Shown: positions 35,003 to 44,753 of the stretch, piece by piece | Position numbering within the stretch: the stretch's first letter is position 1 | How the letters are laid out: the number at the start of each line of letters is the position of its first letter | Assembly: GCA_944386835.1 (NCBI GenBank) | Contig: CALXCQ010000114.1 | Span: 4,184 to 68,183 of the forward strand | Direction: 5' to 3' | From: an uncultured Oscillospiraceae bacterium | GTDB taxonomy: Bacteria > Bacillota > Clostridia > Oscillospirales > Oscillospiraceae | DNA: 64,000 nucleotides | Notes under the pieces: model-generated | Databases searched by the model: none | What the model was told of the DNA's origin: nothing | What the model saw: the letters and a program-made list of their open reading frames with translations, nothing else | Position numbers and translations under genes: made by a program

Positions 35003-37147
35003 ATGGCATATCAGATTCTAAATCGCCATACCTGTTCCCCTTCCACCCAACAGCTGAAACTTCGATTTGACAGTTTAATTTCTCATGATATTACCTATGT
35101 TGGAATTATTCAAACAGCCCGGGCCAGCGGATTGGATGCCTTTCCCGTCCCATATGTGTTGACCAATTGCCATAACAGTCTGTGTGCGGTAGGCGGTACG
35201 ATCAATGAAGATGACCATGTATTCGGTCTCTCAGCCGCAAGGCGGTATGGTGGTATTTTCGTTCCTGCCAACATGGCCGTAATTCACCAGTTTGCCCGCG
35301 AGATGATGGCCAGCTGTGGATCTATGATTTTAGGCTCTGACAGTCACACCCGCTACGGCCCCTTGGGTACCCTGGGAATCGGGGAAGGTGGTCCGGAAAT
35401 CGTCAAGCAGCTTCTGGAAGATACCTATGACATTACACCTCCAAAAGTAACTCTGGTATATCTCACCGGTTCTCCCCGACAGGGTGTGGGGCCTCACGAT
35501 GTTGCCATTGCACTGTGTGGTGCCGTGTATAAAACAGGTTTTGTAAAAAATCAAATTCTGGAATTTGTCGGGCCCGGTATTAAAAATTTATCTATGGACT
35601 ATCGTTTTGGTATCGATGTGATGACCACGGAAACCGCTTGTCTCAGTTCTATTTGGCAAACAGATGATACCGTCTGCGCCTATTTGACTGCCCATGGCCG
35701 TCCGGAAGCTTATCAGCCATTGGCTCCTCAGGAAGGAGCCTGTTATGATCAGGTAATCCAAATTGATCTGGATACCATAGAACCCATGGTAGCCCTTCCG
35801 TTCCACCCTTCTGAAAGTTTTACCATTCGCCAATTACAGGAAAATCCAGGTGATATTCTCCGGGAAGTAGAGCTACGTGCCCATGAACAGATGGGCGGAA
35901 AAGCAGAGCTCCATTTGGTAGATAAACTCCAAAATGGCAAACTGGTTTTGGATCAGGGGATTATTGCCGGTTGTGCCGGTGGTATGTTTGAGAACATTGC
36001 AGAAGCTGCCGCCATTCTGAAAAACCACAGCATTGGAGACGGTTACTTCTCTCTTTCCGTCTATCCGCCCAGTATTCCAGTCAATTTACGTCTGGTTCAG
36101 TATGGGCAGGTGGAAACTCTTTTGCAAAGCGGCGCACTCATAAAGCCTTGTTTCTGCGGACCTTGCTTTGGAGCCGGAGAAGTGCCAGCCAACAATGGTT
36201 TATCCATTCGGCACACCACCCGAAACTTTCCCAACCGCGAGGGCTCTCGTCCCGCAGACGGACAGCTCAGTGCCGTTATGCTTATGGATGCCCGCTCCAT
36301 TGCTGCAACCGCCAGAAATGGCGGTGTCCTGACCGCTGCCACAGAGGTAGCGTACACCTCCAGTCCTTCCCTTGCTCCTGCGTTTGACGGTACTTGTTAT
36401 CAGCACCGATGCTATTTTGGATTTGGGAAACCCGACCGCCAGGTCTCTCTTCGATTTGGCCCTAATATTACCGAATGGCCTTCTTTCCCCGCTTTATCGC
36501 AACATTTGCTGGTTGCATTGGCCAGTGTTATTCGAGACCCGGTAACTACGACCGACGAACTGATTCCTTCCGGGGAAACTTCCTCGTATCGCTCCAACCC
36601 CATAAAGTTGGCAAGTTTTGCCCTGTCTCGCAGAGATCCGGCCTATGTAGGCAGGACGGAAGCCATCCAGGAGCTGGAAGCTCAACGGGCCGGGGGCACC
36701 CCTCCTGCCTCTTTACTGGCCGCTATGGATCTACTGGGGCTTCCCCATTCTACCTTGGAGACCACCCACTTCGGTTCTGCAATCTTTGCCAATAAACCTG
36801 GCGACGGCTCTGCACGGGAACAGGCAGCTTCCTGCCAGCGTGTCCTAGGTGGGTGTGCCAATTTCTGCTACGAATATGCCACCAAACGCTACCGTTCCAA
36901 TTGTATCAACTGGGGCATGTTGCCGTTTACTGTGGAAGATCCTTTCCCGGGCCAGTGTGGAGATTTCCTGTTTATTCCAGATATCCGCCAGGCTGTCCAA
37001 ACGGGGGTTACGCAAATTCCCGCAAAACTGATCCACGACCAAGAAGTTCAGGATATTACGCTGTATCTGACAGACCTGGATTCCACGCAACGGGAAATTT
37101 TACTGGACGGCTGCCTGATGAACTGGTATGCTGCCGGCAGAAAGTGA
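35003..37147 (+). CDS. aconitate hydratase
   Basis: Aconitase-family Fe-S ligand regions GSDSHT and CGPCFG, plus a C-terminal swivel domain. The start follows AGGAAGG. An in-frame alternative ATG at 34913 has a GGAGAGGAG RBS. Confidence 0.85.
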   Translation: MAYQILNRHTCSPSTQQLKLRFDSLISHDITYVGIIQTARASGLDAFPVPYVLTNCHNSLCAVGGTINEDDHVFGLSAARRYGGIFVPANMAVIHQFAREMMASCGSMILGSDSHTRYGPLGTLGIGEGGPEIVKQLLEDTYDITPPKVTLVYLTGSPRQGVGPHDVAIALCGAVYKTGFVKNQILEFVGPGIKNLSMDYRFGIDVMTTETACLSSIWQTDDTVCAYLTAHGRPEAYQPLAPQEGACYDQVIQIDLDTIEPMVALPFHPSESFTIRQLQENPGDILREVELRAHEQMGGKAELHLVDKLQNGKLVLDQGIIAGCAGGMFENIAEAAAILKNHSIGDGYFSLSVYPPSIPVNLRLVQYGQVETLLQSGALIKPCFCGPCFGAGEVPANNGLSIRHTTRNFPNREGSRPADGQLSAVMLMDARSIAATARNGGVLTAATEVAYTSSPSLAPAFDGTCYQHRCYFGFGKPDRQVSLRFGPNITEWPSFPALSQHLLVALASVIRDPVTTTDELIPSGETSSYRSNPIKLASFALSRRDPAYVGRTEAIQELEAQRAGGTPPASLLAAMDLLGLPHSTLETTHFGSAIFANKPGDGSAREQAASCQRVLGGCANFCYEYATKRYRSNCINWGMLPFTVEDPFPGQCGDFLFIPDIRQAVQTGVTQIPAKLIHDQEVQDITLYLTDLDSTQREILLDGCLMNWYAAGRK

Positions 37148-37154
37148 GGCCAAT

Positions 37155-38393
37155 ATGAAGAAAATATCCATGAATCCCATTGCCGAACTGGATGGAGATG
37201 AAATGACCCGTATTCTCTGGCAAATGATCAAGGAAGAGCTTCTGCTTCCCTTTGTAGATTTGCGTACGGAATACTATGACTTGGGGCTGCCCAATCGGGA
37301 TAAAACCGATGACCAGGTCACAATTGAGGCTGCAAATGCTATATCTCGTCTTCAGGTCGGCGTAAAATGCGCCACGATTACCCCTAATCAGCAGCGGGTA
37401 GAAGAATATGGCCTAAAAGATATGTGGAAAAGCCCCAATGCCACCATCCGTGCAATGCTGGATGGTACTGTTTTCCGGGCACCCATCGTAACGAAAACCA
37501 TAAAACCCTACATTCCCAATTGGAAAAACCCCATTACCATTGCCCGCCATGCCTATGGCGACATCTATAAAGCTGTAGAGTATCGTGTCCCTGGACCAGG
37601 AAAAGCAGAGCTGGTATTCACGGGGGAAGATGGTCGGGAAACCTATCGCCAAACTGTCTTTGACTTTACCAGCCCCGGCATCCTGCAGGGGCAACATAAT
37701 CGGGATGATTCTATCTGCCATTTCGCCCGGAATTGTTTTTCCTACGCCCTGAATACTAAGCAAGATCTTTGGTTCTCTACAAAAGACACGATTTCTAAAC
37801 AATACGATCAGACTTTCAAAATGATCTTCCAGGATATATTTGATCGAGAGTATAAAACTCAGTTTGAAAGTGCCGGGATTTCCTATTTCTATACGCTCAT
37901 TGACGACGCAGTCGCAAGAGCTGTGCGCTCGGAAGGTGGGTTCATCTGGGCCCTAAAAAACTATGATGGCGACGTTATGAGCGATATGGTCTCTACCGCT
38001 TTTGGTTCTTTGGCCATGATGACCAGCGTCTTAGTCAGTCCCTCGGGATGCTATGAATTTGAAGCCGCCCATGGAACCATTACCCGTCACTATTACGCCT
38101 ATCGAGAAGGCAAAGAAACCTCTTCCAATCCCATTGCCACCATCTTTGCCTGGACCGGAGCCCTTCGACAGCGGGGTCTTCTGGATGGCAACACACCGCT
38201 TTACCGATTTGCCAATTTACTGGAAACAGTCTGTATTGAAACTGTAGATTCTGGAGTGATGACGAAAGATTTAGCTGTGTTGGCAGGACCAAATCATACC
38301 TACGTCAATTCTCTTAATTTTTTACAGGCAATCCGTCAAAATCTGACTACAGCTTTGGAAACATCCTCTGAGGACCTCTGGGGCAATTCCTGA
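37155..38393 (+). CDS. icd: NADP-dependent isocitrate dehydrogenase, eukaryote-like (subfamily II) homodimeric type
   Basis: By eye it is collinear with, and highly similar to, human IDH1 as I recall it. Shared segments include GDEMTRI.W, VKCATITP, MWKSPN.TIR, RHAYGD.Y, NYDGDV.SD and TSTNPIA.IFAWT. Confidence 0.95.
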   Translation: MKKISMNPIAELDGDEMTRILWQMIKEELLLPFVDLRTEYYDLGLPNRDKTDDQVTIEAANAISRLQVGVKCATITPNQQRVEEYGLKDMWKSPNATIRAMLDGTVFRAPIVTKTIKPYIPNWKNPITIARHAYGDIYKAVEYRVPGPGKAELVFTGEDGRETYRQTVFDFTSPGILQGQHNRDDSICHFARNCFSYALNTKQDLWFSTKDTISKQYDQTFKMIFQDIFDREYKTQFESAGISYFYTLIDDAVARAVRSEGGFIWALKNYDGDVMSDMVSTAFGSLAMMTSVLVSPSGCYEFEAAHGTITRHYYAYREGKETSSNPIATIFAWTGALRQRGLLDGNTPLYRFANLLETVCIETVDSGVMTKDLAVLAGPNHTYVNSLNFLQAIRQNLTTALETSSEDLWGNS

Positions 38394-38459
38394 ATTTTAC
38401 CAGGTGGACCATCTTTGAAACCGGCAGGCATACAAAATTTTCCAAGTGCAGCCAAAAAG

Positions 38460-38502
38460 AAAAGAATTCCCACAGAACTTTGGGTTCTGTGGGAATTCTT
38501 TT
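38460..38502. terminator. bidirectional rho-independent terminator (19-bp stem)
   Basis: The hairpin reads aaaagaattcccacagaac-tttgg-gttctgtgggaattctttt. Confidence 0.85.
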
Positions 38503-38527
38503 ACAGCTTTTCAGAAATAAATTGTAC

Positions 38528-38881
38528 TTACAGAGCGTTTTTTGCAGTCTGCACCAGTGCGCCAAAAGCGGCTGCATCTTGAATGGCCAGCTCTGACAAA
38601 GATTTACGGTTCATTTCAATACCAGCCTTCTTTAGGCCGTTCATAAACCGGGAATAGTTCATATCGTAAGGAGCTACCGCAGCGGAAATTCTGGTAATCC
38701 ACAGTCTGCGGAAATCTCTTTTCTTCAGGCGGCGGCCAGTGTACGCATAGACACCAGACTTTTTCACAGCCTGCTTGGCCATTTTAAAATGAGTAGACTT
38801 GGAACCCCAGTAAGACTTTGCCAATTTCAGGGTCTTATTTCTTCTTTTACGCGTCATCATCGCGCCTTTTACTCTTGCCAT
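38528..38881 (-). CDS. rplT: 50S ribosomal protein L20
   Basis: [26 protein letters not shown]... is the canonical L20 N-terminus. Confidence 0.97.
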   Translation of the reverse strand: MARVKGAMMTRKRRNKTLKLAKSYWGSKSTHFKMAKQAVKKSGVYAYTGRRLKKRDFRRLWITRISAAVAPYDMNYSRFMNGLKKAGIEMNRKSLSELAIQDAAAFGALVQTAKNAL

Positions 38882-38916
38882 TTCTATATCCTCCTATATG
38901 TGGTACAATCTCTCGA

Positions 38917-39114
38917 TTATTTGTAAGGGATCATCAGCTTTACGGTTGCTTCGTTGGTAACATCGGCATAGCCGTTTTTCCGCAGATTTCTCGTACGCTT
39001 GGTGGTCTTTTTGGTGAGGATATGGCTCTTATACGCATGGGCTCTTTTTACCTTACCGGTTTTCGTCAAATTAAATCTTTTTTTCGCACCACTGTGGGTT
39101 TTGAGTTTAGGCAT
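38917..39114 (-). CDS. rpmI: 50S ribosomal protein L35
   Basis: The sequence begins [14 protein letters not shown] and is 65 aa long. Confidence 0.97.
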   Translation of the reverse strand: MPKLKTHSGAKKRFNLTKTGKVKRAHAYKSHILTKKTTKRTRNLRKNGYADVTNEATVKLMIPYK

Positions 39115-39153
39115 CTTGGTACTCCTTCCGTATTACCCAGGTTAGCTCCTGGA

Positions 39154-39672
39154 TTATTTTGTATTTTTAGGACTCAAAAACATGGTCATATGGCGACCGT
39201 CAAGTTTGGGGTTTTTTTCTACGGTAGCAACCTCAGCACAGGCTTCGCCAAACTTCTTTAAAAGTTCTTCGCCGATGGATGTATGGGCCATCTCCCGGCC
39301 ACGGAACCGAACCGTTACTTTGACTCGGTTGCCCTCTTTTAAGAACTTCTGGGCATTTTTCAGTTTGACGTTGAAATCGTTGACATCGATACTGGGAGAC
39401 ATCCGGACTTCCTTAATCTCCACAACGTGCTGATTCTTTTTGGCTTCCTTTTCCTTTTTGATCTGCTCAAACCGGAATTTACCATAGTCCATGATCTTAC
39501 AGACTGGTGGGACAGAATTGGGCGCAATTTTTACCAAATCCAAATCCTGCTCCTCTGCAAGACGCAGGGCTTCAGCCGCAGACAGAATACCAAGCTGGCT
39601 GCCATCGGGGCCAATCACCCGAAGCTCTTTGTCACGAATTTCCTCGTTTAGCTGATGTTCTAATTTACCGAT
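39154..39672 (-). CDS. infC: translation initiation factor IF-3, apparent non-AUG (AUC) start
   Basis: INEEIRDKELRVIGPDGSQLGI...PPVCKIMDYGKFRFEQ... is canonical IF-3. The only strong RBS (GGAGGTG) lies 7 nt (9 nt from the GGAGG core) before the in-frame ATC at 39672. The upstream ATG at 39732 has no RBS and would add a non-homologous extension. Confidence 0.85.
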   Translation of the reverse strand: MGKLEHQLNEEIRDKELRVIGPDGSQLGILSAAEALRLAEEQDLDLVKIAPNSVPPVCKIMDYGKFRFEQIKKEKEAKKNQHVVEIKEVRMSPSIDVNDFNVKLKNAQKFLKEGNRVKVTVRFRGREMAHTSIGEELLKKFGEACAEVATVEKNPKLDGRHMTMFLSPKNTK

Positions 39673-39686
39673 GGTAAAGCACCTCC

Positions 39687-39850
39687 AAAAATCAAAGTGC
39701 GGATGCCAAGAAGCACCCGCACATAGAGCCACTGAATCGTAAGCTTACCATGTTAACCTCTTTGCACATTTGCTGGAGGTGAGTTGCGGTGCTACCGCTC
39801 CTACTTTGTTGATCGCATGTTATTTTACTATGAATTCATATCAGTGTCAA
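39687..39850 (-). promoter_or_regulatory. infC promoter plus ~130-nt leader with intrinsic terminator (L20-leader-like attenuator)
   Basis: On the minus strand: TTGACA (39850-39845), a 17-nt spacer, then TAAAAT (39827-39822). The leader ends in the hairpin gtgcgggtgc-ttcttg-gcatccgcac followed by tttgattttt, immediately before the RBS. Confidence 0.45.
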
Positions 39851-39876
39851 GAACTATTTCACTTTTTCTTCTTTTC

Positions 39877-40362
39877 TCACGGGATTTGGAAAATCGGTAA
39901 ATTGGGGGCTGCAATAGTAAACAGGATCAGACACATAGCATAAATGGCATTGCAGGTAATGAGCGCCCCCAGATCCTGTCCGTAAGGCTGCACGTAGGTT
40001 TTTCGCCAGAAAACGACAAAACCAAACGCCAGCGCCAGGTAGTACAGGACAATATCGAATACGAGGCCATGAACGGCAAAACCACAGCCTAAGACATAGT
40101 AAAAGCTAAGAAGGACAATGGGCATAAGCAGTTGCGCCAACAAAAGCCCGCTCCAGGCCCGCAGAGGCTCTTTCGTTTTCTGAGCTAAAATTCCTCCACA
40201 CAATAGAAATGGCCAGTAGAGCAATTTTAAATGCTCCCACACACTTTCATTGACGGGTGCAAATAATCCTACAAGCGGAATTGGCCACAGTGGATACAGA
40301 AAATGCAGCCCTGTCCCTAAAAGTGCCGTCGCTATTGCTACTAGGATCCAGCATTTTTTCAT
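39877..40362 (-). CDS. integral membrane protein (DUF6512-like)
   Basis: Five or six TM helices and the motif PVNESVWEHLKLLYWPF. Confidence 0.5.
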   Translation of the reverse strand: MKKCWILVAIATALLGTGLHFLYPLWPIPLVGLFAPVNESVWEHLKLLYWPFLLCGGILAQKTKEPLRAWSGLLLAQLLMPIVLLSFYYVLGCGFAVHGLVFDIVLYYLALAFGFVVFWRKTYVQPYGQDLGALITCNAIYAMCLILFTIAAPNLPIFQIP

Positions 40363-40410
40363 ATACAATCCCCTCCATCATAGTCTTATGATGAAGAGGC
40401 CAGGATATGC

Positions 40411-41628
40411 CTATAGAAAAGATAACCCTAAAAAACGCTCATGAATCACATGAACCGCCCGATCCCCATCTTCCTTATTTACCAATACAGAAATCTTAAT
40501 CTCACTGCTTACTACCTGATGGGTTTGAATATGGGCCTGGTATAACGCCTGGAACATTTGTGCGCCTACTTCGGGATTTTCTGCCATGCCGGCTCCTACT
40601 ACAGAAACTTTACTGAAGCCATCATTGACTTGTAAAGAACGATATCCCAACTGTTCCTGATTGTGTTCCAAGAGTTCCAGACACAAGTCCAAAGCCTGCT
40701 GGGGAATTGTAAATGCCACATTGCTTTCCCCTGGGGAGCTTTCCCATAACGATACCATATCTGCAACCAATTTGTGTTTTGCCATCAGCGACAATAGATT
40801 ACTGAAAGCATTCGGCCCCTTATCCAGTGCCTGCAGTGTCACCTGAACAATATTGGAATCCTGAGCCACGCCACTGATGTGCAGTCCCTCAATATTGGCT
40901 ACCTCTTTCACAACCGTTCCCGGTTTTCTGGAAAAGCTGGAAAGCACTTCTATGGGCACTTCATATCGTTTCCCCATTTCCACTGAGCGATTATGAAGTA
41001 CCTGTGCCCCTAAAGAAGCCAGCTCCAACATCTCATCGTAAGTAATCTCTTTGAGTTTCTGTGCTCCGGGTTCCTTTCTGGGATCTGCAGTGTAAACCCC
41101 ATCTACATCGGTATAGATTTGACAGACATCTGCCCCCAAGCCGATGGCCAAAGCCACAGCTGTGGTATCAGAACCACCGCGGCCCAAAGTGGTAATATCT
41201 CCAAGTTGGTTGATTCCCTGAAATCCGGCTACCAGAACAATCCGTTTTTTATCCAACTCTTTTCGTACACGACTGCCGTCAATTTTCCGAATTCTGGCCG
41301 AAGAATAGGTACTGTTGGTAGTCATACCTACTTGCCATCCAGTAAGGGAAATTACGGGGAATCCCATTTTCTCAATGGCCATTGCCACCAATGCAATGGA
41401 TATTTGCTCCCCGGTAGAAAGCAGCATATCCAATTCTCTTTTGGATGCTGCCGGGTTAATCTCCTGTGATTTGGCAATCAGATCATCCGTGGTATCTCCT
41501 TGGGCGGATAAAACCACAACTACTTCATTCCCTGCCTGATAAGTATCCGTGACAATTTTAGCCACATTAAAAATTCTATTGGCGTCAGCGACAGAACTGC
41601 CGCCAAATTTTTGTACAATCAATGCCAT
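40411..41628 (-). CDS. aspartate kinase
   Basis: The N-terminus MALIVQKFGGSSVA, TLGRGGSDTTA, and C-terminal ACT repeats. GGAGGA precedes ATG 41628. Confidence 0.9.
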   Translation of the reverse strand: MALIVQKFGGSSVADANRIFNVAKIVTDTYQAGNEVVVVLSAQGDTTDDLIAKSQEINPAASKRELDMLLSTGEQISIALVAMAIEKMGFPVISLTGWQVGMTTNSTYSSARIRKIDGSRVRKELDKKRIVLVAGFQGINQLGDITTLGRGGSDTTAVALAIGLGADVCQIYTDVDGVYTADPRKEPGAQKLKEITYDEMLELASLGAQVLHNRSVEMGKRYEVPIEVLSSFSRKPGTVVKEVANIEGLHISGVAQDSNIVQVTLQALDKGPNAFSNLLSLMAKHKLVADMVSLWESSPGESNVAFTIPQQALDLCLELLEHNQEQLGYRSLQVNDGFSKVSVVGAGMAENPEVGAQMFQALYQAHIQTHQVVSSEIKISVLVNKEDGDRAVHVIHERFLGLSFL

Positions 41629-41751
41629 AGTCATCCTCCAATCGAACTGGCGATGATACCACATTTTATGCCGGCTGTAGTTAAAATGGGCACTGCCATA
41701 GCACCAAATTTCCACTTTTTTCGGTGGTAATTTCCCCAGTTGCCCATCCCC

Positions 41752-41789
41752 AAAAAGGCCCGCCGAACCTTCCCATCAGGTCCGGCGGG
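41752..41789 (-). terminator. rho-independent terminator after the alcohol dehydrogenase gene
   Basis: On the minus strand the hairpin is cccgccggacc-tgatgggaa-ggttcggcggg, followed by ccttttt. Confidence 0.65.
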
Positions 41790-41820
41790 TCGGGTCTACT
41801 CACACAAAATCTATGGTCTT

Positions 41821-43005
41821 CTATTGCGTATTTGCCATGGCATAAATTCTCAGAATATCCGCAAAGTCCAATTTTACAAAGGACCCAATTGTCCGACTCT
41901 TATGGTAACTACAGCGCTCAGCCAACTCTTCCAATTCCTGCCGGGAAAGGCGGCCTGCTGGCAACTGGTCCAAGCCTGTAGGCATTCCCAGCTGTCGAAA
42001 ATATGCCTCAGTTTTTCCGATTCCTTCCAAGGCCAGCTCTTCTGCGGACCCACCTGTCAACCCCCAGACTGTTTTCGCATAGCGGGCAAACCGCAAGGGA
42101 TTCTCCCAGTACACATATCGGGCCCAACTCCCCCAAATTGCTGTCAGGCTAGCCCCGTGAGCAACCCCATACTGTGCACTCAGAGCATGCCCCAATTGAT
42201 GGGGGGCAAAATCCACTTTATTCCCCAGACCTGTCAATCCATTGTGAGATAAGCTGCCACACCACATGATTTCACTCATAGCTTTATAGTTATGGGGATC
42301 TTTCTGTACCTGCACACCATATTGAATTACCGTCCGCAGTAGCGCTTCTGCCAAGGCGTCTGTAATACCGTCTTCGGGATTGGGCACAAAATATCGATCC
42401 AAAGTGTGCATCATAATATCTGCTACACCACAACCAATTTGATCAGGCGGTAAAGTGGAAGCCAAAACCGGATTTAAAATCGCAAATAAAGGCCGGTTCA
42501 ACTGACTGGTCAGTCCACATTTCCTTCCAGTCTCTTCATTCGTCAAAACCGCAGAATCACTGGTTTCACTTCCTGCCGCCGGAATTGTTAAAATTACCCC
42601 CATGGGGGTGGTTTTCTGTAAAGTCTTCTCTTTTGCCCAAAAGCTCCAAATATCCTCCTCCGGATTGGCCAAACCATGGGCAATTGCCTTTGCTGTATCC
42701 AGACTGCTTCCGCCGCCAATTCCTAAAATGAAATCGGTTCCCTCCTGGCGCGCCAGTGCAATTCCTTCCCGGGCATGGGCTAAGGTGGGATTGGGCATAG
42801 CTCCGCCAAACAGTATGGTCTGTAACCCCGCATCTTCCATTTGATGACGGATTTTTTCCAGGAGGCCAGATTTTATCACACTGCCACCTCCATACACCAC
42901 AAGAACCTTGTGCCCTCCAAAAGATTTAATGAGCCGGGACGTTTGATTCTCAGCATTTTTGCCAAAAATAACTTCAGTCGAAAGGCAATAGGTAAATTCA
43001 TTCAT
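41821..43005 (-). CDS. iron-containing alcohol dehydrogenase (butanol dehydrogenase/YqhD-like)
   Basis: VLVVYGGGSVIKSGL, GIGGGSSLDTAKAIA and metal-binding His motifs (HTLDRYF, HQLGHALS..GVAHG). Confidence 0.85.
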   Translation of the reverse strand: MNEFTYCLSTEVIFGKNAENQTSRLIKSFGGHKVLVVYGGGSVIKSGLLEKIRHQMEDAGLQTILFGGAMPNPTLAHAREGIALARQEGTDFILGIGGGSSLDTAKAIAHGLANPEEDIWSFWAKEKTLQKTTPMGVILTIPAAGSETSDSAVLTNEETGRKCGLTSQLNRPLFAILNPVLASTLPPDQIGCGVADIMMHTLDRYFVPNPEDGITDALAEALLRTVIQYGVQVQKDPHNYKAMSEIMWCGSLSHNGLTGLGNKVDFAPHQLGHALSAQYGVAHGASLTAIWGSWARYVYWENPLRFARYAKTVWGLTGGSAEELALEGIGKTEAYFRQLGMPTGLDQLPAGRLSRQELEELAERCSYHKSRTIGSFVKLDFADILRIYAMANTQ

Positions 43006-43016
43006 AGCGTTTCCTC

Positions 43017-43457
43017 TTATCCCGCCAAGACTTCACTGTGAAGTACACCGTGAATACCGTCCATCTGCCGCAAAAGTTCTTCTACAGAACAATTCAGATC
43101 CGTTGTCTCCGCTGAAATGGTAACCATGGCAGACCCACCGGAGGGGATTGTCTGGTTAATCGTCAAAATATTGGCGCCACAGTTGGCAAAAACTGCCAGT
43201 ACAGCGGAAAGGACACCAGCGGTATCCAATAGATGTACCTGGAATGTGATGATTCTTCCCGCCATAAGATTTTGAAAGGGTGCGATCGCATCCCGATATT
43301 TATAAAATGCACTACGGCTGATATCTACCGCTTTCGTCGCCTCATGAACAGTCCCAACTTCGCCGATCTCCAACATTCTTTTTGCTTCTGCTACTTTTAA
43401 AAACACAGATGGGAGTGCATCTGCCTCCACAATATAGTACTTGGGTGACTTTTTCAT
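43017..43457 (-). CDS. ACT domain protein, UPF0735/PheB-like
   Basis: An N-terminal HTH-like segment (ATKAVDISRSAFYKYRDAI) followed by an ACT domain, with a length of 146 aa. Confidence 0.8.
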   Translation of the reverse strand: MKKSPKYYIVEADALPSVFLKVAEAKRMLEIGEVGTVHEATKAVDISRSAFYKYRDAIAPFQNLMAGRIITFQVHLLDTAGVLSAVLAVFANCGANILTINQTIPSGGSAMVTISAETTDLNCSVEELLRQMDGIHGVLHSEVLAG

Positions 43458-43646
43458 GAATTGCTTCCCCCTTATATCCTGTGTGGTTTACTAATTACTG
43501 TTAGTTTAGCATGTCTTGATAGGAAACGCAACGATTTTCCATTTTCCCAAATTGCCCTTCCATCTTCCGTTTTGTTCCCCTGGACACTTATGGTAATACG
43601 GCGAGATCCGGCTGTGTCTTTATCCCATTCAGAAAGGAGGTACCTT

Positions 43647-44702
43647 ATGGAATCCAAGCAACTCCTCATTTCCATATTCCGGACTTTGGCATTTTTACTT
43701 GCCATCTGGATTGGCATTGTTTTTCTGCTTCCTATTTTTCTCCCCTTTCTGATCGGATACTTACTGGCTCTTGCCGTAGAGCCTCTGGTGCGCCGGATTG
43801 GTCAACATACCCATATCCCCCGCTGGCTTTGTTCCATCGTCTGTGTTGCAGGACTTTTGGGTATTCTTGGTACTCTGATCTTTTTCTTGTGCCGTACGAT
43901 TTGTACCGAATTTGTATCCTTTGTCCGCCAGATTCCCGCCCTGACCGCCTCGCTGGCGCAGCCCATGGAGCGTCTGAAGCTTTGGCTTCTGGATATTGCC
44001 GGGCGCTTTCCCGATGGGCTCGGCGAAGGTTTGCGCCACGGAATTCTGGAGATTTTCCAGAACAGTTCCTCTCTTGTGGAATCTGCCTACCCCAAACTGT
44101 TTTCCTGGGCCACTTCCGCATTGACAGCCCTTCCGGACATTTTTCTGTTCCTCATTACTACCATTTTATCTAGCTTTATGATTTCTGCCGAGCTGCCTGT
44201 TATGATAAGTTTTATCCGCAAAATTACACCGGGGCACTGGATGGGAAAAGTGCAGCATGTGGCACAGCAACTGAAAGATACACTGGGCGGTTGGCTCCAA
44301 GCCCAACTGAAGCTTATGGGGATTACCGCCTGTTTGCTCACCTTCGGTTTTATGATTCTTAATCTGCAATTTCCCCTCCTGTTTGGGATTGCAATTGCAC
44401 TGATTGACGCTTTGCCGATTTTTGGAACCGGCACAATTCTCATTCCCTGGGGATTGATTATGTTCATAAGAGGTATGCCCCGGTGTGGCCTGGGGCTTAT
44501 TGTTCTATATGGCGTGACAGCCTTGACCCGCGCTGCTCTGGAACCTCAGATGCTGGGCCGGCAGATTGGCTTAAATCCATTGTTGACACTTGTGGCGCTC
44601 TATGCCGGCTATCACCTTCTGGGAATTCTCGGAATGATTCTCTTTCCTATTGGCGCTTTGCTGCTAAAACAGATTTGGGAGCGGGCCCCCAGAAAACGAT
44701 AA
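43647..44702 (+). CDS. ytvI: AI-2E/PerM-family permease, sporulation membrane protein YtvI-like
   Basis: Eight TM helices and the conserved ALIDALPIFGTGTILIPW motif. AAAGGAGG precedes ATG 43647. Confidence 0.7.
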   Translation: MESKQLLISIFRTLAFLLAIWIGIVFLLPIFLPFLIGYLLALAVEPLVRRIGQHTHIPRWLCSIVCVAGLLGILGTLIFFLCRTICTEFVSFVRQIPALTASLAQPMERLKLWLLDIAGRFPDGLGEGLRHGILEIFQNSSSLVESAYPKLFSWATSALTALPDIFLFLITTILSSFMISAELPVMISFIRKITPGHWMGKVQHVAQQLKDTLGGWLQAQLKLMGITACLLTFGFMILNLQFPLLFGIAIALIDALPIFGTGTILIPWGLIMFIRGMPRCGLGLIVLYGVTALTRAALEPQMLGRQIGLNPLLTLVALYAGYHLLGILGMILFPIGALLLKQIWERAPRKR

Positions 44703-44703
44703 G

Positions 44704-44752
44704 TTGCAATCTGTATCACCTCCCGGTACAATAGAGTCCCGGGAGGTGTTTT
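44704..44752 (+). promoter_or_regulatory. terminator-like hairpin whose loop carries a -10 box and whose 3' arm is the rluA-like RBS
   Basis: TTGCAA (44704-44709), a 17-nt spacer, then TACAAT (44727-44732). The hairpin arms are cacctcccgg (44717-44726) and ccgggaggtg (44739-44748), followed by tttt and ATG 44754. Confidence 0.45.
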
Positions 44753-44753
44753 C

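Noticed and set aside
39673-39732. Longer infC ORF starting at ATG 39732
   Set aside because: That ATG has no RBS. The added 20 residues (MALCAGASWHPHFDFWRCFT) are translated from the leader terminator hairpin and the RBS itself.
41629-41820. Possible lysine riboswitch (L-box) upstream of aspartate kinase
   Set aside because: After the upstream gene's terminator (41752-41789) is subtracted, only about 110 nt remain. I cannot find the L-box conserved blocks (for example the GAGGCGC start or the GCCGAAG-type elements) or a five-helix arrangement.
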